From assembly GCA_016715825.1 (NCBI GenBank), contig JADJXO010000007.1, positions 24,421-88,420 on the forward strand: 64,000 nucleotides of DNA, written 5' to 3'. Below the pieces are notes generated by a model. The model saw nothing but the letters and a program-made list of their open reading frames with translations. It did not search any database and had not been told where the DNA came from. How positions within the stretch are numbered: the first letter of the stretch is position 1; the number at the start of each line of letters is the position of its first letter. This document shows positions 1 to 12,515 of this stretch, piece after piece. The DNA is from Nitrospira sp. (GTDB lineage: Bacteria > Nitrospirota > Nitrospiria > Nitrospirales > Nitrospiraceae). The translations under genes were made by a program, and so were the position numbers.

Positions 1-532
1 TGATGTGTGGAAGTTCCGGGACGTCGTTCCAATTCTTAGCCGGTTGCCACATACCGTTGACCTTCTGGGTCACGTAAAGGTCCCCGGTCGAGAGATTGCC
101 GGGCTCGTACCTGGTGAAATAAATGACATTGCCGTCATCGGAGAGACTCGGTTCCAGTTCCCATGCGGATGTATTGATGTTCGGCCCCACTGTGGGGTCA
201 ATGCCCGGGCCCAAAGGAATAGGTTCCTGCCAGGTGCCGTTCATGTAGTGCGCCATCCAAATGTCGAAATTATAGGGCACCTCTGGTGATGAAACGCTAC
301 CTGTGCGGCCCGATACGAAGATGGCGGTCTTTCCGTCGGCACTATAGGTGATTTCAATCTCGGCTTCCGACGAATTGATCGGCTCGCCTATATTTTTGGA
401 TAGGGAGGGCGTCGATGTTTCAGGTCCGGTATGTGGCGTATCCATACCTGACATCGAAAATGTCATAGCAGGCAAGAGCAGGAGTGTGAGTGCTACCACA
501 CATAGATGTAAGCGAAGCCTTGGTGTTGCCAT
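1..532 (-). CDS. Secreted WD40-like (PD40/TolB-type) beta-propeller repeat protein, 3' end outside window
   Basis: Hand translation of the minus strand from ATG at 532 (SD-like GAGGCGG upstream) is open to the window edge: MATPRLRLHLCVVALTLLLLPAM (signal peptide)...NIGEPINSSEAEIEITYSADGKTAIFVSGR...NINTSAWELEPSLSDDGNVIYFTRY...GDLYVT, two PD40-like repeats. Not in the ORF track because it has no stop. Confidence 0.78.
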   Translation of the reverse strand, partial: MATPRLRLHLCVVALTLLLLPAMTFSMSGMDTPHTGPETSTPSLSKNIGEPINSSEAEIEITYSADGKTAIFVSGRTGSVSSPEVPYNFDIWMAHYMNGTWQEPIPLGPGIDPTVGPNINTSAWELEPSLSDDGNVIYFTRYEPGNLSTGDLYVTQKVNGMWQPAKNWNDVPELPHI

Positions 533-575
533 ACCGCCTCCTTGTTGCAGCGAACAGGTTAGCCTATCGAGCTTG

Positions 576-1400
576 TTATCCTCTGGCCCGTGCCGTCACC
601 GCGATTGCCTGCATCGTTGTGCGAAATGGACTGTTTCCGCCAAGCCGAGCAAAAGCCGTCGCTACGGTGTTGACGACTGGTTCGGGGGACCCCCCCTGTT
701 GAATCTCAGCTAGAAGCGGCCCCCCTTCAATCATTCCAACTGCCAGTGACTCGGCAGAACTGCTATAGCATTCCATTGGAACGGCCTGAATGGTGATCTG
801 ATCAAACCCATTCGCACTAAGCAAACCCCGTAAGAGTTCGACATCTGCAAAGATAAAGGGCGCTTTGAAAAACTGTGGAGGATTGTCCAGGAATAAAGTC
901 ATGACAGTGTCGTGGACCGCAACACCCCAGGGATTGGCCTCCATGCAATCCCATACGCTCACTGCAAGTCGCCCTCCATTGACCAGGACGCGGCGCATTT
1001 CGCGAAACGCGCGATCTCTCTCCGACACAAACATGAGCCCGAACGGACAAACCGCAGTGCTGAATGAGCCGTCACGAAACGGCAGGTTTGCAATGTCTGC
1101 CTCTTTCCATTCAATTGCGTTGAGGTCTTTCAATTTGGATTGGGCGTATTGGAGCATCCCGAGATTGATATCAGTGGCCGTCAGCGGCATTGACGGCTTC
1201 AATTGAGTTCGTAACTGTCTGGTAAGAATACCGGTTCCACAGGCCATCTCAAGAACAGAGCCTTCGGTAATGGACCCCTCTGTAAGATCAGCGACTCGGT
1301 GCGCGAGGTCAATGACATAGGGTTCAAACAATGTTGGTCTGAGGAGCCGTTCATACAGCTCACAGCTGGGGGCGTAGTCGTGTTCGATACTGCCACCCAT
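576..1400 (-). CDS. Class I SAM-dependent methyltransferase (UbiE-like)
   Basis: Motif I VLEMACGTG, TATDINLGML, EADIANLPFRDGSF, RVLVNGGRL; SD GGAGG upstream. Confidence 0.9.
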   Translation of the reverse strand: MGGSIEHDYAPSCELYERLLRPTLFEPYVIDLAHRVADLTEGSITEGSVLEMACGTGILTRQLRTQLKPSMPLTATDINLGMLQYAQSKLKDLNAIEWKEADIANLPFRDGSFSTAVCPFGLMFVSERDRAFREMRRVLVNGGRLAVSVWDCMEANPWGVAVHDTVMTLFLDNPPQFFKAPFIFADVELLRGLLSANGFDQITIQAVPMECYSSSAESLAVGMIEGGPLLAEIQQGGSPEPVVNTVATAFARLGGNSPFRTTMQAIAVTARARG

Positions 1401-1636
1401 GAACTTCCTCCTTTGTCAGCGACAATAGGTGGCTCTGGTGGAAAGGGGAAACGTAACACATACTACTCTTGGCGGAGTTGCTCATCAACTGAGCAAGGCT
1501 TGGGATTCAATGCATCAGTGGAGGCCTCGCTGTCGTAGATGGGAGGCTGGGGTGATGGTGTGATCGTTACGCTCGTGGTTCGTCAAGCCCAGAATCCTGG
1601 CAAGGGTACGGGAGTAGGGTGGAGTTGCGGCTGCAC

Positions 1637-1894
1637 CTAGTCAAGATCTTCGGGAAAACTGCTCCGAAACCTCCTACGTAGATCGGCGAACGATCTTGTG
1701 AGGGAGTTCTGGGAGGGGGAAGCATGAAAATGATCTCCGGACTTGCTGCGAGTCCCAATGGGTTTAGACCAGGACTGTTCGGCGGTACAAAACCGGCTCA
1801 CGTCGACCCAGGCTTCGCCTCCAATCGAGATCGGTTCTGAATGGAGTGGAGGGGAAGCTTTGTGCCTTGTGTAGATGAAGAAGGAGAAGTCCAT
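1637..1894 (-). CDS. Hypothetical small protein (85 aa)
   Basis: ORF with GGAG 10 nt before ATG in an otherwise empty 800-bp gap; no recognised motif. Confidence 0.3.
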   Translation of the reverse strand: MDFSFFIYTRHKASPPLHSEPISIGGEAWVDVSRFCTAEQSWSKPIGTRSKSGDHFHASPSQNSLTRSFADLRRRFRSSFPEDLD

Positions 1895-2223
1895 TTTGTG
1901 ATGTCTCCAGTTGCTGTTGGAAACCTTACAGCGCCACCTCCTTCTTGCCTATTCCCTAATAGTAGTCCCACAGAGTTGCACCGCGACACGCTTCCTACTC
2001 CAGACGGCTGCCCCATATCTCTGCGCTACATCAGCAAGGGAAATGCCGGACTCAGGCAGCTTCGGAACTGTCGAGAATTCCGTCATATCGCATTGCCTGC
2101 GAAGACAAGTGCTTCTGTCTGCGGTAAAGCCAGAAGTCCTACCTCTGTATTCGAAAGGATGCAGGGAGGTCGCGATGTCCGCGGAGGACCTAGAGAGGCC
2201 AGTAATGGGTGTAGGGGTGTGTG

Positions 2224-2643
2224 CTAGAACTCCCCCATATTCACTTGCCGGACTCGTTCCGCCGGGATACTAAGTGCGGCTAGGAGGTACTGCTTGAACT
2301 CCTCGGTGTATGGCTGAGTCGCGAGGGCCTGTTGCATACAGAGGAGCCAGGCGTCGCGTTCTTCGTACCCTATGGGGAATCGCTTGTGGGCACCAGGAAT
2401 GCTGATTGGCCCATAGTGTTGCTGAAAGAGTCTTGGTCCTCCCAGCCAGCCGCACAGGAAATAGGTCAATTTTCTGCGAGATTCGGTGAGATCGGGTGGG
2501 TGCATTTTTCTGATCGTTTCAGCTTCCGGCAACGTATCCATATTGGCATAAAAGTCATCCACCAACTTGGTGATACCCCCGAGCTCGCCTGCTGCTTGGT
2601 AAGGAGTGGTCTGATCGCTACTGTCTTGGTCTTCCAGGGACAT
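2224..2643 (-). CDS. Group II truncated hemoglobin (trHbO-like)
   Basis: LVDDFY (B10 Tyr), FLCGWLGGPRLF, proximal His in GAHKRFPIG, ERDAWLLCM (G8 Trp). Confidence 0.92.
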   Translation of the reverse strand: MSLEDQDSSDQTTPYQAAGELGGITKLVDDFYANMDTLPEAETIRKMHPPDLTESRRKLTYFLCGWLGGPRLFQQHYGPISIPGAHKRFPIGYEERDAWLLCMQQALATQPYTEEFKQYLLAALSIPAERVRQVNMGEF

Positions 2644-2664
2644 TTGGTGTTCGAGGGTATGGCG

Positions 2665-3756
2665 TCAGAGCTTGGTGTAAAAGGGGAGGGTCTGAATAGT
2701 TGCCGGATATCGGTTGTTCTCATGTTCCACGGTCAAGGCGGTACCAGGCTTGCTGAAGTCTCGCAGCGGAAATCCGAATGCCACGACTTGGTTGAGTTGA
2801 GGGGAATGTGCCGCACTGCTGATCCACCCTACTTCACGATCGCCGCTATAGAGCTTAGCACCATGTGGTGGAATGACGGAATCCTTCAGAACCAGTCCGA
2901 CAAGCTTGCGGCGGACGTTGCCGTATGTATCCATACGCGCGACGACTTCTTGCCCCGGATAGCACCCTTTGTTCAAACTGAACGCTTTGCCCTCGAGGTT
3001 CGCCTCGGGTGGAACAATCTCTTCGTTCAAGTCCGGTCCGGCTTTCGGGAGACCGGCCTCGAGGCGCAAGGCCTCTCGTGCCTGGCTACCGATGGCCTTG
3101 ATTCCAAACCTGGCGCCGGCTTGCATGGCAGCCGTCCATGCGGGCAGCAGGCTGTCTGCCGGAAGCAATATCTCGATATCGACCTCTCCGGTCTCTTCCG
3201 TGCGTGCTACCAATGCATGATGCCCGCCGATATGCGCGGTCACGAAATCGATGGGTTGTAAATCTGTGACATCTACTCCGAATGCTGATTGGACAACATG
3301 AGTGGTCTTTGGCCCACTGATCAAGAGTAGCCCCCAACTCTCAGCGCAGTTTTCCATCTTGGCGTTGGTTCCGTAGAGCAGGAACTTACGAAGCGCCTGA
3401 AACGTCGTCTCCCCAATTTCGCCGACATCTTCCACCATGACGGCATCACTTTGCATGTACAGGCGGAAATAGGTGAGCATCTTACCCTTATGAGTCAAAA
3501 AGCTGGAATAGCGGCCTTGGCCAGATTGGAGAGGAAGGATGTCGTTGCTCACGACGCTTTGCAGCCACTTCACACGATCCTCACCCGTGACTCTGAGCTT
3601 GCCGCGATGGGAGAGATCAGCGATTCCCACGGTTTGTCGAACGGCATGATGCTCAGCGGCAACATCGCCATAGTGCCCTGGCATGTCCCAGCCGGTGACC
3701 GCTTCGAACGTTGCCCCGAGTTGGGCATGTTGTGAATGCAGGCGTGATTGCTTCAT
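2665..3756 (-). CDS. ygfZ: YgfZ/CAF17-family folate-binding Fe-S cluster maturation protein (GcvT-like fold)
   Basis: GcvT-type N-terminus (IADLSHRGKLRVTGEDRVKWLQ) plus the YgfZ signature KGCYPGQEVVAR. Confidence 0.88.
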   Translation of the reverse strand: MKQSRLHSQHAQLGATFEAVTGWDMPGHYGDVAAEHHAVRQTVGIADLSHRGKLRVTGEDRVKWLQSVVSNDILPLQSGQGRYSSFLTHKGKMLTYFRLYMQSDAVMVEDVGEIGETTFQALRKFLLYGTNAKMENCAESWGLLLISGPKTTHVVQSAFGVDVTDLQPIDFVTAHIGGHHALVARTEETGEVDIEILLPADSLLPAWTAAMQAGARFGIKAIGSQAREALRLEAGLPKAGPDLNEEIVPPEANLEGKAFSLNKGCYPGQEVVARMDTYGNVRRKLVGLVLKDSVIPPHGAKLYSGDREVGWISSAAHSPQLNQVVAFGFPLRDFSKPGTALTVEHENNRYPATIQTLPFYTKL

Positions 3757-3819
3757 CGTCCTTTGAGAAGCCTACGAGTGGTTGTGATGAATGTCACGGA
3801 AGACAACGAGCTCCCGCCA

Positions 3820-4203
3820 TTATGAGGAGGCGACATGTCCTGTCACCAATTCCTCTACTAATGCTTTCGTCCGAGCCGAAAACTCATTGCGGGACACGAT
3901 CTTGGTTACGCCGAGTACCTTTGCGCGATTCCAGGTGTCCACTTCCTCATGGTTGGCAAAGGCCAGTGTGGGAATCGCACACAATCCTGGATCGCCATTC
4001 AGCTGTTCCAATGCGTGAAACGCATCAAGAGTTAAATCGTTCATATTGAGAATGATCAAGCTTGGGCTTGCCGACGCGGCCTTGTCGATGATGTCCTGCT
4101 GAGCTCGGGCTTTCTCTATCTGGAACTCCGTCTGGCGCAGCGCATCCTTGACTTTCGTGTAGAAGAACAAGTCGGTGATGGCCACGAGGATAGTCTTGTG
4201 CAT
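3820..4203 (-). CDS. CheY-like receiver-domain protein lacking the phospho-acceptor Asp
   Basis: Receiver fold pattern (ILVAITD...PSLIILNMN...IPTLAFANH...GVTKIVSR); Asn at the phospho-Asp position. Confidence 0.72.
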   Translation of the reverse strand: MHKTILVAITDLFFYTKVKDALRQTEFQIEKARAQQDIIDKAASASPSLIILNMNDLTLDAFHALEQLNGDPGLCAIPTLAFANHEEVDTWNRAKVLGVTKIVSRNEFSARTKALVEELVTGHVASS

Positions 4204-4213
4204 GAGTACGACC

Positions 4214-4729
4214 TTAGTTCAGTGAGCTCACCAGCCGCCCGAGGGCCCTTCTGGCAAGTTTATAATTCGGATCCAGCGCGAGCGCTTTCTTGTACGACTC
4301 GATGGCGTCGGTCCAGTTTCCCAACCGCTCGTATACCCGGCCGAGATTCAAGTGGGGGTAGGCAGGACTCTCGTACCGCTTGGCCTGCATCGCTTTCTGA
4401 AACCAGGTAATGGCCTCCTCGAACGCACCCTTTTCGATCATGTATGCCCCGATATCGTTGTAGGGGTTGCCGAAATCCGGGTCTTGCGCAATAGCTTTGT
4501 GGCATTCTTCGATGGCGTCATCAAGCCGTCCCATAAAGCTATAGGTCCACCCCAAGAATGTGTAACCCTCGGCAGTGGGATGGGTTGCGATCGATTGCTT
4601 GTAGAGGTTGACCGCTTCTTCAAAGTCCCCTTTCATCTGTCGTTCAAAGGCCTGTTGGAACAGATCCCATGCGTGGCGCTTGTCTTCCTCGCGCCCTTCG
4701 CCTTGAAGGAGGAAATCTTGAACGTCCAT
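4214..4729 (-). CDS. Tetratricopeptide repeat protein
   Basis: Four TPR motifs (AEGYTFLGWTY, PYNDIGAYMIEKG, PHLNLGRVYERLG, KKALALDPNY). Confidence 0.9.
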   Translation of the reverse strand: MDVQDFLLQGEGREEDKRHAWDLFQQAFERQMKGDFEEAVNLYKQSIATHPTAEGYTFLGWTYSFMGRLDDAIEECHKAIAQDPDFGNPYNDIGAYMIEKGAFEEAITWFQKAMQAKRYESPAYPHLNLGRVYERLGNWTDAIESYKKALALDPNYKLARRALGRLVSSLN

Positions 4730-4812
4730 GTTTCGAAAACACCTCTAGGCAGTCGTCAGCGCGGTGTAGAACAGCCATGAAACCGTTGCGGTTTGACGAC
4801 CGAGAGTTGCCG

Positions 4813-5613
4813 TTACTCCTGTTTGAGTTTCTTCTTGATCAATTCAGCTCCGTACCGTCCCGAGAGTAACATGGACCCGAAAGCGGGTCCCATTCTCGGT
4901 GTGCCGTAGACGGCGGCGACGGCCAACCCGATCACGAAACAATTGGGATAGACCTCTCCCGTTCGGTCCATGATTTCTTCTTCAGATCGCGCCACCCACA
5001 TGGCTCCGTTTCCTGGTACTTTATTATACAGATTTCGTTTATGGAGAAGCTCGACCACGATGGCATCATGGCCGGTCGCATCCACCACGATTTTGCTCTC
5101 GAGGGCAATCGGATCAACATGGATCAGATCATGGCCTGCCATTTCGGCCGTGGTGTTGTTGACGACGACTCCCTCCAGTATGCCATCATTGCGGATGATC
5201 AAGTCCAGCACGCGCGTCAGGTTCATCACCTTGGCGCCGGCGTTGTACGCGGCTGAGATCAGGGCGCCTGTCGCGTGTGGGGGATCGACCATATACATTC
5301 CGTCGCATTCTTTGATCTTTTTGCAGGGAACGCCGATTTCATCGAGAATCTCATTTGCCGGTTCGCAGATTGTGGCTTTGTTCATAAGGTAGCCACCGGA
5401 CCAAAATCCTCCACCCAGGGCCAAGCTTTGCTCGATGAGCAGCGTTCGAAATCCCATAGAGGCTAGATCATGCGCACAGATTAGTCCAGACGGCCCTGCA
5501 CCGACGATGATGACATCGCTTTCGATGAGCTGATCGAACTCTTTATAGTATTCCCGGGCGATCTGCCTGGTGATATCTCGTTCACGTAACGGCGCAGGCT
5601 TCGGTTTTGCCAT
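4813..5613 (-). CDS. thi4: Thi4 thiazole synthase, His-type (sulfide-dependent)
   Basis: IVGAGPSGL Rossmann motif, GGGFWSGG, HVDP (His where suicide THI4s have Cys), VDATGHDA, PRMGPAFGSMLLSG; directly after thiC. Confidence 0.93.
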   Translation of the reverse strand: MAKPKPAPLRERDITRQIAREYYKEFDQLIESDVIIVGAGPSGLICAHDLASMGFRTLLIEQSLALGGGFWSGGYLMNKATICEPANEILDEIGVPCKKIKECDGMYMVDPPHATGALISAAYNAGAKVMNLTRVLDLIIRNDGILEGVVVNNTTAEMAGHDLIHVDPIALESKIVVDATGHDAIVVELLHKRNLYNKVPGNGAMWVARSEEEIMDRTGEVYPNCFVIGLAVAAVYGTPRMGPAFGSMLLSGRYGAELIKKKLKQE

Positions 5614-5622
5614 ACAGCTCTC

Positions 5623-7557
<1,935 letters not shown>

Positions 7558-7601
7558 TTATCGCAAGTGATAGTTTTGCTCACGACAACGGTTTCCCCAA
7601 T

Positions 7602-7638
7602 AAAAAAGCCGTCTCCCCAGTATGCCAGGAAGGCGGCT
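7602..7638 (-). terminator. Intrinsic terminator of the TPP riboswitch expression platform
   Basis: Minus strand AGCCGCCTTCC-loop-GGGAGACGGCT followed by a T6 run, between aptamer and thiC start. Confidence 0.7.
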
Positions 7639-7666
7639 GACTCCTCATCAGGGTCCGCTGTCGTCC

Positions 7667-7749
7667 GGCTTCCCTACGCTGGTATTACCCAGGTCAGGTT
7701 GTGAGGGTCGTCCGATCATTCGGACTCTCAGCTCTAGGCTCCCCTAGCG
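7667..7749 (-). ncRNA. TPP (THI-box) riboswitch aptamer
   Basis: Minus strand CTAGGGGAGCC...GCTGAGA...GACCCT-CACAACCTGA-CCTGGGTAATACCAGCGTAGGGAAG matches the TPP consensus; upstream of thiC. Confidence 0.96.
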
Positions 7750-7759
7750 ATTCTTAGTG

Positions 7760-7788
7760 ATCGTATTACTCTAGGGTTGTGAAGTCAA
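7760..7788 (-). promoter_or_regulatory. Sigma70-type promoter of the riboswitch-thiC transcript
   Basis: Minus strand TTGACT-N17-TACGAT ending about 10 nt before the aptamer. Confidence 0.62.
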
Positions 7789-7860
7789 TCGGCTATTAGA
7801 CCCAGCATGCCCACTATCCTTTGGGGCTCGAACTAGGACTTTTCCGCACGAGGCTATTCA

Positions 7861-7889
7861 TTGATTGTGAGGGAAGGCTATCGTAAAAT
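7861..7889 (+). promoter_or_regulatory. Sigma70-type promoter of nadA
   Basis: TTGATT-N17-TAAAAT, 26 nt before the nadA GTG. Confidence 0.5.
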
Positions 7890-7915
7890 GACCTTTCTTT
7901 TTCGTTGGAGGATCT

Positions 7916-9019
7916 GTGCCAGCCATTGCGACAGTCCCAAAGCCGATTGACACGTACCAGGCGCTACCCGCCGAAGAATTGCGTCGGCGGATCATAGCAG
8001 CCAAGCAGCTACTGGGTGAGCGAGTCATGATTCTGGGCCATAACTACCAGCGGGATGAAGTCATCCAGCATGCTGATTTTCGTGGTGACTCGCTGTTGTT
8101 AGCCAAACTGGCCGCCGAGCGCTCCGAACGACCCTACATCGTATTTTGCGGCGTACACTTTATGGCTGAGACGGCGGATATCCTCAGCCGTTCCCAGCAA
8201 ACAGTCATCCTGCCGGACATGGCTGCGGGCTGTTCCATGGCGGATATGGCTGCGATCGAGCAGGTTGATCAATGTTGGGAGGCGCTGGGGCGCGTGATTC
8301 CAGTCGAGGAGACCGTGATGCCGGCCGTCTATGTGAATTCGGCGGCGGTCCTAAAGGCGTTTTGTGGAGAGCATGGAGGGATTACGTGTACATCATCCAA
8401 CGCCAAAGCAGTGATCGAATGGTGTTGGGCGAGGCGAGAAAAGATTCTCTTTTTCCCGGACGAACATCTCGGTCGGAATACGGCCAATAAGATGGGTATT
8501 CCGCGCGAGCAGCTGATCGTGTGGGACCCCTATCAACCCAACGGCGGGAATACCAGAGACGCCATCAAGCGAGCTACTTTGATCCTGTGGAAGGGGCATT
8601 GCAGTGTCCATCAAATGTTCCAGCCGGTGCATGTGGACCATTTTCGCAAACAATATCCAGACGGGAAGGTGATCGTCCATCCAGAGTGTCACGAGGATGT
8701 GGTGAACAAGGCCGATCTCATCGGATCGACCGAATTCATCATCCGGACCGTGACGGCTGCGCCGGCCGGTACGACGTGGGCGGTCGGGACGGAGCTGAAT
8801 CTCGTGAATCGTTTAAAACACGAACTCACCGACAAAAAAGTCTTCTTCTTGTCTTCTACGGTTTGTCAGTGCGCCACCATGTTTCGGATCGATGCGGCGC
8901 ACCTGTGCTGGGCCATGGAGAATCTGGCAGACGGTCACGTCGTCAACCGCATCGTGGTGCCGGAGGACGATAAGCAGTGGGCAAAAATCGCACTTGACCG
9001 TATGATGGCAGTGAGTTAG
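7916..9019 (+). CDS. nadA: Quinolinate synthase A
   Basis: ILGHNYQ, FCGVHFMAET, AGCSMAD, YVNS, GHCSVH, VHPEC, GTE motifs. Confidence 0.96.
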   Translation: MPAIATVPKPIDTYQALPAEELRRRIIAAKQLLGERVMILGHNYQRDEVIQHADFRGDSLLLAKLAAERSERPYIVFCGVHFMAETADILSRSQQTVILPDMAAGCSMADMAAIEQVDQCWEALGRVIPVEETVMPAVYVNSAAVLKAFCGEHGGITCTSSNAKAVIEWCWARREKILFFPDEHLGRNTANKMGIPREQLIVWDPYQPNGGNTRDAIKRATLILWKGHCSVHQMFQPVHVDHFRKQYPDGKVIVHPECHEDVVNKADLIGSTEFIIRTVTAAPAGTTWAVGTELNLVNRLKHELTDKKVFFLSSTVCQCATMFRIDAAHLCWAMENLADGHVVNRIVVPEDDKQWAKIALDRMMAVS

Positions 9020-9092
9020 GGCTGGTACCTACCCCCTTCCTTCCGGTATATTCCCTCGATTCCGTATGATGGTGTGAGTGTGCTGGTGTTCC

Positions 9093-11915
9093 ATGTCTAC
9101 TGATTACAAGTCGACACTCAATCTTCCCAAGACCGATTTCCCGATGAAGGCGAACTTGCCTCAGCGGGAACCTGCGATGCTGGCCTGGTGGGGGGAGCAG
9201 AAGCTCTACGACCAGATTCAGGCCTTGGGGAATGGGCGGCCTCGGTATGTTTTGCATGATGGTCCTCCGTATGCCAACGGCCGTATCCATATCGGACATG
9301 CCCTGAACAAGGTCCTCAAGGATATCATCGTTAAGTCGAAGACGATGGCAGGCTTTCATGCGCCCTATGTGCCGGGGTGGGATTGCCACGGGTTGCCGAT
9401 TGAGCATCAAGTCATGAAGGAGCTCGGCGACAAGAAAAAGGACTTGAACGTGTCGGCCATCCGCAGGCTGTGTCGTGAGTATGCTGAGCGATACGTCACT
9501 ATTCAACGAGAGGAATTCAAACGGCTCGGGGTGCTGGGTGAATGGGACCATCCCTATCTGACGATGACGTCGGCCTATGAGGCCACGATCATTCGTGAGT
9601 TCGGGAAGTTTGTCGAGCGTGGCGGGGTCTACAAGGGGCTCAAGCCGGTACTCTGGTGCACGCATGATCAAACGGCGCTGGCGGAAGCGGAAGTCGAATA
9701 TGATGATCATACATCGCCATCGATCTATGTGAAGTTCCCGGTCGTCACCGCGCCATCGGTTCTGGCGAACACCTTTCCTGGTATGTCTTTTCCGGATGGG
9801 ATGAAGCTGGTGTCCGTCGTCATCTGGACGACCACGCCATGGACCCTGCCGGCCAACCAGGCTGTCTGCCTCCACCAAGATTTCGACTATGCTTTTGTTC
9901 AGGCCGGCAATGAGCTGCTGATCGTGGCGGAAAAGCTTGTGGACAACGTCACGAAGGCTTGTGGGATCAGTGATTATCGTGTCGTGGGAGTGAAAAAAGG
10001 TGGAGAAGGTTTTGAGGGCTTGGAAACGCAACGACCGTTGTCCACCGGCCTGTCACCTATCTTGCTTGGGGATTTTGTGACGCTTGATCAGGGGACTGGT
10101 TGTGTTCATATCGCGCCCGGCCACGGTATGGAGGACTATCTGCTTGTGCTGGAGCACAACGCGAAGGCGTCGCCTGGTGAGCGGCTTGAAATTCTCGCAC
10201 CGGTGGACAACAGTGGCCGGTTTACAGTGATCGTGAAGGAATTCGCCGGCCAGCAGGTCTTGAAGGCCAATCCGAAGATTGTGGAGTATCTGCAGGGGAA
10301 CGGGCGTTTGCTGGGGCATGGTTCGCTGAACCATTCGTATCCGCACTGTTGGCGGTGTAAGAATCCGGTGATCTTCCGTGCGACCGAGCAATGGTTCGTC
10401 TCGATGGAGACGAATGACTTGCGGAGAGAAGCTCTGGCGGAAATCGAACGAGTCCGATGGATTCCGAGCTATGGGCGTGATCGGATCTTCGGTATGATCG
10501 AAAACCGTCCGGACTGGTGCCTTTCACGTCAACGTGTGTGGGGTGTACCGATTCCAGGGTTCACCTGTCTCGGATGTCATCATGTGTTGGCCGAGCCTTC
10601 CATCATTGAGCATGTGGCGGTTTTGATGGAATCAAAGGGGGCGGATGTCTGGTTCGAACAATCCGCTGGTGACTTATTGCCGGTTGGAACAACCTGTCAG
10701 AAGTGTGGCGGAACAGGGTTTGAGAAAGAGCGGGACATTCTCGATGTCTGGTTTGAATCCGGTGTGAGCTACGCGGCTGTGCTGAAGCCAAGAAAGTGGG
10801 AAGCCGATTTGTATCTCGAAGGGTCCGACCAACATCGGGGCTGGTTCCATAGCGCCCTGCTCGCTGGTGTCACGACGGATCATCGCGCCCCCTACAAAGC
10901 GGTGTTGACCCATGGGTTCGTCGTAGACGGGCAGGGGAAGAAGATGTCCAAGTCGGCCGGGAATGTCGTCGCGCCGCAGGATGTCATTAAACAGTCGGGC
11001 GCGGAAATCCTCCGTCTGTGGGTGGCGGCTCAGGATTATCGTGAAGATCTGCGCATCTCACAGGAAATTCTGACTCATCTGATCGAGGCCTATCGAAAGA
11101 TCCGCAATACTTGCCGATTCTTGTTGAGCAACCTCTATGACTTCGATCCGAACTATTTCCGGGTGCCTTATGAGGATTTGCCCGAATTAGATCGTTGGGC
11201 GCTTTTGCGGCTGGGCGAATTGATTCAGAAGGTGACAAAAGCTTACGAGGACTTCGAATTCCATCTCATCTTTCATGCGATCAACAACTTCTGTTCGGTC
11301 GACATGAGCGCAATTTATCTGGATATCCTGAAAGATCGACTGTACACCTTTCGCAGGGATTCTCATGCTCGGCTAAGCTCACAAACGGTGTTATTCGATG
11401 TGGTGGTGGCGCTTACGAAATTGATGGCGCCAATCCTTAGCTTTACATCCGAAGAGATCTGGCAGAAGTTGCCGGAAGCTGCCCGTATGAGCCCCAACGG
11501 TCAAAGCGTTCATTTGTCCTCATTTCCTGAGATAGACCCAAGATGGAACGATGCGGGGTTGGATAGCCGATGGAATCGACTGCTGGAGGTTCGAGTGGCC
11601 GCACAAGCGGCTCTAGAAGAACAGCGCCGAGAAAAAGTGATCGGTTCCTCTCTTGAGGCTGGTATCCGGATTCAAGCAAATCCAGATAAGTTTGGACTTC
11701 TCAAACAATACGAGCAAGTCCTGCCGGGTATCCTCATCGTCTCACAGGTTAAGCTGGAAGAGGTTCACAACTTGCCTCTTAAGCCGGACTTTCGAGTTCT
11801 TGTCTATAAAGCCGAGGGCAATAAGTGCGAACGCTGTTGGAACTATCGCGATGCTGTCGGCAAGGATCATGACCACCCGACTCTCTGTGAGCGATGTGTG
11901 GAGGCCGTCTTATGA
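9093..11915 (+). CDS. ileS: Isoleucine-tRNA ligase (type 1)
   Basis: [41 protein letters not shown]-terminal Zn finger CERCWNY...LCERC; start at ATG 9093 ([16 protein letters not shown]). Confidence 0.98.
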   Translation: MSTDYKSTLNLPKTDFPMKANLPQREPAMLAWWGEQKLYDQIQALGNGRPRYVLHDGPPYANGRIHIGHALNKVLKDIIVKSKTMAGFHAPYVPGWDCHGLPIEHQVMKELGDKKKDLNVSAIRRLCREYAERYVTIQREEFKRLGVLGEWDHPYLTMTSAYEATIIREFGKFVERGGVYKGLKPVLWCTHDQTALAEAEVEYDDHTSPSIYVKFPVVTAPSVLANTFPGMSFPDGMKLVSVVIWTTTPWTLPANQAVCLHQDFDYAFVQAGNELLIVAEKLVDNVTKACGISDYRVVGVKKGGEGFEGLETQRPLSTGLSPILLGDFVTLDQGTGCVHIAPGHGMEDYLLVLEHNAKASPGERLEILAPVDNSGRFTVIVKEFAGQQVLKANPKIVEYLQGNGRLLGHGSLNHSYPHCWRCKNPVIFRATEQWFVSMETNDLRREALAEIERVRWIPSYGRDRIFGMIENRPDWCLSRQRVWGVPIPGFTCLGCHHVLAEPSIIEHVAVLMESKGADVWFEQSAGDLLPVGTTCQKCGGTGFEKERDILDVWFESGVSYAAVLKPRKWEADLYLEGSDQHRGWFHSALLAGVTTDHRAPYKAVLTHGFVVDGQGKKMSKSAGNVVAPQDVIKQSGAEILRLWVAAQDYREDLRISQEILTHLIEAYRKIRNTCRFLLSNLYDFDPNYFRVPYEDLPELDRWALLRLGELIQKVTKAYEDFEFHLIFHAINNFCSVDMSAIYLDILKDRLYTFRRDSHARLSSQTVLFDVVVALTKLMAPILSFTSEEIWQKLPEAARMSPNGQSVHLSSFPEIDPRWNDAGLDSRWNRLLEVRVAAQAALEEQRREKVIGSSLEAGIRIQANPDKFGLLKQYEQVLPGILIVSQVKLEEVHNLPLKPDFRVLVYKAEGNKCERCWNYRDAVGKDHDHPTLCERCVEAVL

Positions 11916-12436
11916 ACGCGTCTTGGCTTCGCAATATGGCGCTGGCACTGGTGACCGGCAGTATCGTTCTGCTGGATCAGCTGACCAAGCAGCAGATCAT
12001 GCAGACGATGCGCTTACACGAGTCGATCCCCATCATCCCCAATCTTTTCAGCCTGACCTATATTCGGAATCCAGGCGCGGCGTTCGGGTTATTGGCTGGG
12101 AGCAGCAACGCGTTTCGGATGGTGTTTTTTGGGCTGACCTCGATCTTTGCACTCGGGTTGCTCGGCACGATCCTGGCGCGGATGCCTGAGCAGGACCGGG
12201 TTGGCCGCGTCAGTGTGGCGGGAATTCTCGGCGGCGCGATCGGTAACTTAATCGATCGATTGCGGTTTGGGGAAGTGATCGATTTTCTGGATGTCTATAT
12301 CGAGAACTATCACTGGCCCGCGTTTAATGTGGCGGATTCCGCCATCACCGTCGGCGTGACCTTCCTGATCATTCACTTCGCATTTGAGAAGAAATCCGAC
12401 TCCTCCACCGCCTCAGAGCCTAATTCCGTTCCCTAA
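11912..12436 (+). CDS. lspA: Lipoprotein signal peptidase II
   Basis: [38 protein letters not shown]; ATGA overlap with ileS stop (conserved ileS-lspA operon). Confidence 0.97.
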   Translation: MNASWLRNMALALVTGSIVLLDQLTKQQIMQTMRLHESIPIIPNLFSLTYIRNPGAAFGLLAGSSNAFRMVFFGLTSIFALGLLGTILARMPEQDRVGRVSVAGILGGAIGNLIDRLRFGEVIDFLDVYIENYHWPAFNVADSAITVGVTFLIIHFAFEKKSDSSTASEPNSVP

Positions 12437-12467
12437 TTCAAATTTCGCCTTGTGTGTAGGCGTCTTT

Positions 12468-12503
12468 GGTCATTCGTTTCGGGCCGACCCGGCACGAATG
12501 ACC
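12468..12503. terminator. Hairpin between convergent lspA and DUF2024-like gene
   Basis: Perfect 10-bp stem GGTCATTCGT/ACGAATGACC. Confidence 0.5.
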
Positions 12504-12515
12504 GCGACTTCTTTG

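Noticed and set aside
2332-3261. 309-aa plus-strand ORF
   Set aside because: Antisense to ygfZ and the globin gene; no motifs.
8943-10031. 362-aa minus-strand ORF
   Set aside because: Antisense shadow of ileS/nadA; no motifs.
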